From: Azolla caroliniana
Lineage: Eukaryota > Plantae > Polypodiophyta
DNA: 64,000 nt
Reading direction: 5' to 3'
Assembly: GCA_043228905.1 (NCBI GenBank)
Contig: JBHGNT010000008.1
Coordinates: 7,626,001-7,690,000 of the forward strand
The position numbers and the translations under genes are program-made. Below are positions 62,780-64,000 of the stretch, one piece after another. Position 1 is the first letter of the stretch, and each line of letters opens with the position of its first letter. The notes below the pieces were generated by a model. That model ran no database searches, was not told where the DNA came from, and worked only from the letters and a program-made list of their open reading frames with translations.

Positions 62780-63391
62780 AGCGCTCAGGCCGTCGGCAAT
62801 CATTACCGGCCAATCCACATGTACTCCCTCGTAGGTGGCTATGATCAAACCAGCTCTATTCCTGGGCATCTCCAGTGGTCGAGGGTACACATGGCGATAC
62901 TCGTGGAGTACCCGAGCAATATCCCGAAACAAAAGGTCTTCACCGCCTTGCGTACGGTATGCCTTGCTGCCCAGGGAGTATTCCCCAAAATACCTTGTCA
63001 GCAGCTCTTGTGAAGGGTTGTCGATCGAGTGGATTCCCCCTTCCGGTAGGTTGGTCATGGCTCGGATGGTTTCCTCGGTGATGACCTCCGTGTCGATGTC
63101 TTTAACGACATTTTTCGCATCTCCGTGTGACGGTGCTTCGACTATTCGCAAGAATCCCTTTAGACTGTGTTGCTTCAGCCATTTCTTAGCCACTTCTGAG
63201 AGTACCATGCATTCCATGTTGTCTTCGGCATCGGTAGGTGGTGGTAAGATGGGTGCGTCTGCGTGCTCTCGCCTGATCACTCGTACTCGCCTATGCACGC
63301 TGAGATCTCTATGTTCGCGAAATGAAAGGGACTCTACGTGGCGACGGTTTCCTTTCTCCATGCGTGGCGCCTTTTCTTGATTCCCACGCAT
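62780..63391 (-). pseudogene. N-terminal part of the extra ORF of element J (continues at 56934-57023 and 46707-47870)
   Basis: Open frame downstream of integrase; joins in frame as DGLSAAI|VSIKDG...PTKQ|RKRGRP. Confidence 0.7.
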
Positions 63392-64000
63392 GCACGTCCT
63401 GTACTAACATAGCAGTCGGTTGACACGTGGTGCGCCTGTTTTTAAAGGCTTTAATTAACCACCCACCACACCTTTTCAAAGTGCACGTTTGCTCCTCGCC
63501 TCTGCATGATGACTTTTTGTTTTGTTTTCTTTTATTATTATTATTATTATTATTATTTACAGATTGTGTTTTAGTTAATCGGAAGCACCGGGTCCGTATC
63601 TCGGTTTTTCCCCATCTTCACGTTTCCAGGTAACGCCGGCTCTGCCTGCTTGTCGGGTAATTTTTTCCTGCTTCCTACTGTTGTATCAGCCTTCGTCTGC
63701 TTGAACGGATTTTGTGGCATCGGTCCACAATATGGTTTGAGTCGAAACCCATTGACCCATTTTCCCATTATGTCACCGGCGAGCATTCCCAGCTGGTATG
63801 AACCGTTAAATTCCCGTGTTATCCAATATGGTCCAGTCCACCGGAACCGTAGCTTTCCCAGCATCTGACCCATCCGGGTCTGGAACACCAGTACCGGCTT
63901 GGCGATCCCGAACATCTTCTCATTGCCCTTCCGGTGCTGATCAACAAACGTCTTCGTTCGTCGTTGTTCCCGTGATCACTAATATGTATCGGTTGCCCTG

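Larger units (their letters stand above)
46600..64000 (-). mobile_element. Non-chromovirus gypsy element J (relative of H): integrase tail 63571-64000 plus an extra downstream ORF, split by K and L
   Basis: KPVLVFQTRMGQMLGKLRFRWTGPY matches the H integrase end; the extra ORF reads in frame across both insertions. Confidence 0.78.

Overview
This window is eukaryotic, almost certainly plant, heterochromatin made entirely of nested LTR retrotransposons; no host gene, rRNA, true tRNA or CRISPR array is visible. A non-seed land plant is inferred from the Tcn1-like chromoviruses. Using LTR termini, PBS/PPT and target-site duplications (TSDs) I resolved about 19 insertions. Eight are Ty1/copia elements or fragments, including one near-intact Tnt1-like copy at 14345-19791, and four are solo LTRs. 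Three are chromoviruses: 57024-62774 is intact and young, 39965-45647 is decayed and 48993-52449 is internally deleted. Two are non-chromovirus gypsy elements, one with an extra ~600-codon ORF after pol. An unusual gypsy family makes 4-bp CG-centred TSDs, and one old gypsy host has ~2.4 kb of gag-PR-RT spread over ~40 kb. The most interesting signals are in the gypsy LTRs and gag-pol junction: (1) Tf1-type self-priming with a compensatory base change, (2) a hairpin that could hide the 3' copy of that primer, (3) antisense tRNA-like Pol III A/B-box modules in U3 of unrelated gypsy families, (4) a perfect heat-shock element before the TATA box, and (5) a conserved G_UUA_AAC plus stem-loop -1 frameshift signal. 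All coordinates were counted by eye and may be off by a few bases; clade names come from motif recognition, not from database searches.
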